Positions 61,111-64,000 of a DNA stretch of 64,000 nucleotides are shown here, in pieces. Below the pieces are notes generated by a model. It was not told the origin of the DNA, did not search any database, and saw nothing but the letters and a program-made list of their open reading frames with translations. Within the stretch, counting starts at the first letter, position 1. Each line of letters begins with the position of its first letter. The position numbers and the translations under genes are program-made. Origin of the DNA: an uncultured cyanobacterium. Lineage in GTDB: Bacteria > Cyanobacteriota > Cyanobacteriia > Cyanobacteriales > CAWCAG01. The stretch is from assembly GCA_963793425.1 (NCBI GenBank), contig CAWCAG010000005.1, positions 2,080,001-2,144,000 of the forward strand, written 5' to 3'.

Positions 61111-61446
61111 TTGCTCACCGCCCAGATAGTACCACGTTTGCTTATTAGAAGTGACATTGAACGCCTTACTGCTGAAAATGAAGAAGCTGCCGATTATGCC
61201 AAAGAAGTACAGGAGCTTATTGGAAGTATAAGATGTTCTCAACTATCAGCTTTAACTTGTACTGGAGTAAAAATTGTCGAATTAGAGCCAATGGAAACTA
61301 TTTCTAACAATAACGAACCGCCTCAATCTTGCCCTTATCCTTACAAAGGTAACGCAGTAATATACGGCTTATTTGGAATTCCGTCGTATACAATCGAATT
61401 TGGTTGCGATCTTATAGAAGTGCAGTTCATACCTATACATGATTAG
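61111..61446 (+). CDS. Hypothetical Cys-containing exported protein
   Basis: ORF with hydrophobic upstream segment; start uncertain. Confidence 0.45.
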   Translation: MLTAQIVPRLLIRSDIERLTAENEEAADYAKEVQELIGSIRCSQLSALTCTGVKIVELEPMETISNNNEPPQSCPYPYKGNAVIYGLFGIPSYTIEFGCDLIEVQFIPIHD

Positions 61447-61760
61447 GGAAATTTAATTAAATAAGTATTCAAGCCTACATTTCGCAGGTTAACTTGGATA
61501 TGTAATGATTTTTGCGACACTATTGAAACTAAGTGATCGCAAGTTCAGCCATTCTCAAAAATACCAACCAATTGAGAATCAAGCTGAGCTTAATGCTCTT
61601 GAGGCTAAAATCAATAAAAACTTTATTAAGATAAAGCTTCGCCTCGTAAGTAAGGCGAAAATCGTTCAAATTGAGGACTAACCTACGAAATGTCCATTCA
61701 AACTTACCTAATTGGACAGTGTTACTATACATTTCACTAGATACAAAAAAGAATAATTTT

Positions 61761-61792
61761 AAAAACTCCTAAGTATTAGTTTTACTTAGGAG
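61761..61792 (-). terminator. Putative intrinsic terminator
   Basis: CTCCTAAGTA-N7-TACTTAGGAG stem followed on the minus strand by a T run, 28 bp after the 61820 stop. Confidence 0.6.
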
Positions 61793-61819
61793 ATAATATG
61801 CCAAAACTGGTTATTTCAA

Positions 61820-62440
61820 TTAGGGTCTTAGACTTATGTAATCATCCTCAGCTGATGCAGTTCGGTAAGGATAGGTACAATTCGTGCCTGTAGGCAAGCA
61901 CCACTGATAGTAATCCAATTTTCCTCTTGTCAAAGTAAGTGGAGAACCGCTTGAGTTTTTAGACATCAAAACACCACCATCAACTCCAGCCATGCACCAT
62001 ATATTCATAAAGGGGCAAATGCTTTCTTCTACCTCTTGCCACGATATAGCTACAGAAGTGGAACTAGCTGGGTAGAACGTTGGGTTATTGTAGGGAGTAA
62101 AAAACCATATTCCTTTGTAGGTCAGGCTATTTACAATAGCTTGAGCATTCCACGTACCAAAGCCAAAGCTGCTTTTGGAACCAGGATCGGATACTCCAGC
62201 AGTTGGGCAATCATCATAGTGAGGTTGTGGAAGATTATTGTAGGTGGTGCAACTACCGAAGTAGTTCCACTCAACTGTCATATCCATCTCAAAAGCAGGA
62301 TTACTTTTCTCCCAATCGCCTACATTAAACCATTTGAAGTATGAGTCTGCATACACATCTCCATCGTAATAAATATCTCCATTATTAGGATAACGTTTGA
62401 TAGGAGGATATGCTGAGGAAGGAAAAGTTGAAATAATCAG
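61820..62440 (-). pseudogene. Secreted Cys/Trp-rich protein lacking its 5' end
   Basis: Frame open upstream of the ORF-track start as LIISTFPSSA|YPPIKRYPNNGDIYYDGDVYADSYF..., no start codon. Confidence 0.5.
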
Positions 62441-62720
62441 TTACTGACATGAAGATAGCTTTAGGCTGAACATCGTAGCGTCGCATGATCTGAAGGAGGC
62501 GTGCATCAGGAATACGCTGGGCAAAAAAGATGCCAGCAGGAATAGGCTCTGTTGGACTAATCCTAAGCCATTCCTCAAGCCGTTCTGTTGGTGTTCGAAG
62601 TACTTGTGTTTGGGAGTCCAATGGGGTTTGCGCTTTAACTAGATTTGAACTAAGGATAATGAAGCCGGCAAAAAGCGCTGTAACGACTGCTGTGAAGAGA
62701 CGTTTTTTATTTCGAGTCAC
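62385..62720 (-). pseudogene. 5' part of a secreted hypothetical protein
   Basis: Signal peptide VKA|Q; runs into the frame of the previous fragment. Confidence 0.5.
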
Positions 62721-63148
62721 TGATTAAGTTGTCTTGAAAGATTATTCTGAGCATACCATACCTTTTCTTGTTGGTAGTCGGGTCGGGTTTAAACTCAGCC
62801 GAAGGAAGGTTCTATAATCTCATCGAGGATGTGATTTTCCAACTGGATATTGCCTAATCTCTCTTGTATCAGACTTCGAGATAAATAAGTAAGAGAAAAA
62901 GTGATTATCCTGAGTTGTAGTAGGGTGAAAATTGATTCATCAATGCGATTAAATCATGGAATCCCGACAACAAACGACATGCAGGAATGAAAAATTTGTT
63001 AGAAATCAGCTTCACTGGTGATTTGAGGAGCAGAGTTTAAGGTCGAAAGTACTACCAAGTCATAGGTAAACTTTGTACCTTCTGGGTTGAAGAAGGTTAG
63101 GGTTTTAGTTTCAGTTATTTCGTTAAGGTCTAAAGGAACCGTTGTTGA

Positions 63149-63340
63149 CTAGATGAGTAAGGTCAAAGTAGGGTAGACCTTAGTTTTTCTTACCTCGGTT
63201 GACAAGTTCGCTTTTTGGAAACACCACTCTGTAAAAGAACTCCCTAAGCTTAGTTCAGCCGCTTGAGTAGCTTCTGTTCCCCAACTGCTGAGTGTTAATA
63301 AGCCCAGGATTAAAGCAGCCTTGCTAGTCACTTTCACCAT
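63149..63340 (-). pseudogene. 5' fragment of an LRR paralog
   Basis: MVKVTSKAALIL...TQAAELSLGSSFTEWCFQKANLS..VRKT matches the start of the 60611 gene, then diverges. Confidence 0.78.
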
Positions 63341-63387
63341 CAATAAATGCCCATCGCCTTAAACTTTACAGGATAGTTGCCATAATT

Positions 63388-64000
63388 TTAGTTGAGTGGT
63401 GATTCAAAAATGCAAACAGATCCATCTAATGGGCAAACTGTGTTTGTAAGAGGATTTTTTCTCAGGGAAAGCAACTGAAGATTGGTTAATCCTGACAGAG
63501 AACTAACAGTTGTGATTTGATTGTTATCAAGAGAAAGCAACTGAAGATTGGTCAATCTCGCCAAAGGAGTAACATCGGTAACTTGGTTTTCTCTGATAAT
63601 AAGTGCTTCTAGATTAGTAAGTCCTGCTAGCGGAGTAAGATCCGTAATTTGATTTTCTTCAAGGTAGAGTGTCTCTAGGTTAGTAAGTTTCCCTAGAGGA
63701 GTAAGATCCGTAACTTGATTTTCTTCAAGGGAAAGTATCTTTAGATTAGTGAGTTTCTCCAGCATACTCATATCCCCAATTGGGTTGTTATCAAGGTTAA
63801 GATGCTCTATATTTAAATCCACTAAAGGAGTAACATCTGTGACTTTGTTGCTCTCAAGGAAAACTTTTTTCAGGTTAGTGAGTCCAGCTAAGGGAGTAAC
63901 ATTAGTAACTTGATTATCGCTGAGATCAAGTTTCTCTAAATTTGTAAGTCCGGCTAAAGGGGCAATATTAGTAATTTGGTTATAAAACAGATAAAGAGAC
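63388..64000 (-). CDS. Internalin-like LRR protein (partial, 5' end beyond window)
   Basis: LTNL..L.L.ENQ(V/I)TD(L/V)TPL repeats; C-terminal NPLTNTVCPLDGSVCIF. Confidence 0.88.
   Translation of the reverse strand, partial: SLYLFYNQITNIAPLAGLTNLEKLDLSDNQVTNVTPLAGLTNLKKVFLESNKVTDVTPLVDLNIEHLNLDNNPIGDMSMLEKLTNLKILSLEENQVTDLTPLGKLTNLETLYLEENQITDLTPLAGLTNLEALIIRENQVTDVTPLARLTNLQLLSLDNNQITTVSSLSGLTNLQLLSLRKNPLTNTVCPLDGSVCIFESPLN

Overview
Low-GC cyanobacterial chromosome segment: frequent HIP1 GCGATCGC octamers, ycf3, petG, split-intein dnaE-c and heptamer tandem repeats. Housekeeping genes (purD, hisH, rsmD, petG, cytM, ycf3, gatC, dnaE-c, hisF, ruvB, speD, tmk, cobQ, two tRNA-Ala) alternate with accessory DNA: a tandem secreted-TPR array (1-4042), a tandem internalin-like LRR array (59.5-64 kb), three Uma2 nucleases, a decayed CHAT-STAND-WD40 gene carrying an in-frame MITE, REP-like doublets and short dispersed repeats. 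The most interesting element is a ~9.6-kb locus directly downstream of tRNA-Ala(CGC) (28378-37959). A lone Afp15/Pvc15-type (extracellular contractile injection system, eCIS) AAA+ ATPase is divergently paired with a polymorphic-toxin-like protein (duplicated N-terminal leader motif, TPR, peptidoglycan-binding-like and FIX/pre-toxin-like segments). Downstream lie immunity-like ORFs, a cyclic-phosphate-processing receiver-like gene, DUF4291, and an orphan toxin tip preceded by a 139-bp near-perfect copy of the toxin's pre-tip region. This looks like a satellite eCIS loader-plus-cargo locus with exchangeable C-terminal cassettes. All family calls are motif recognition by eye, not database results. 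Several single-base frameshifts may be sequencing errors.
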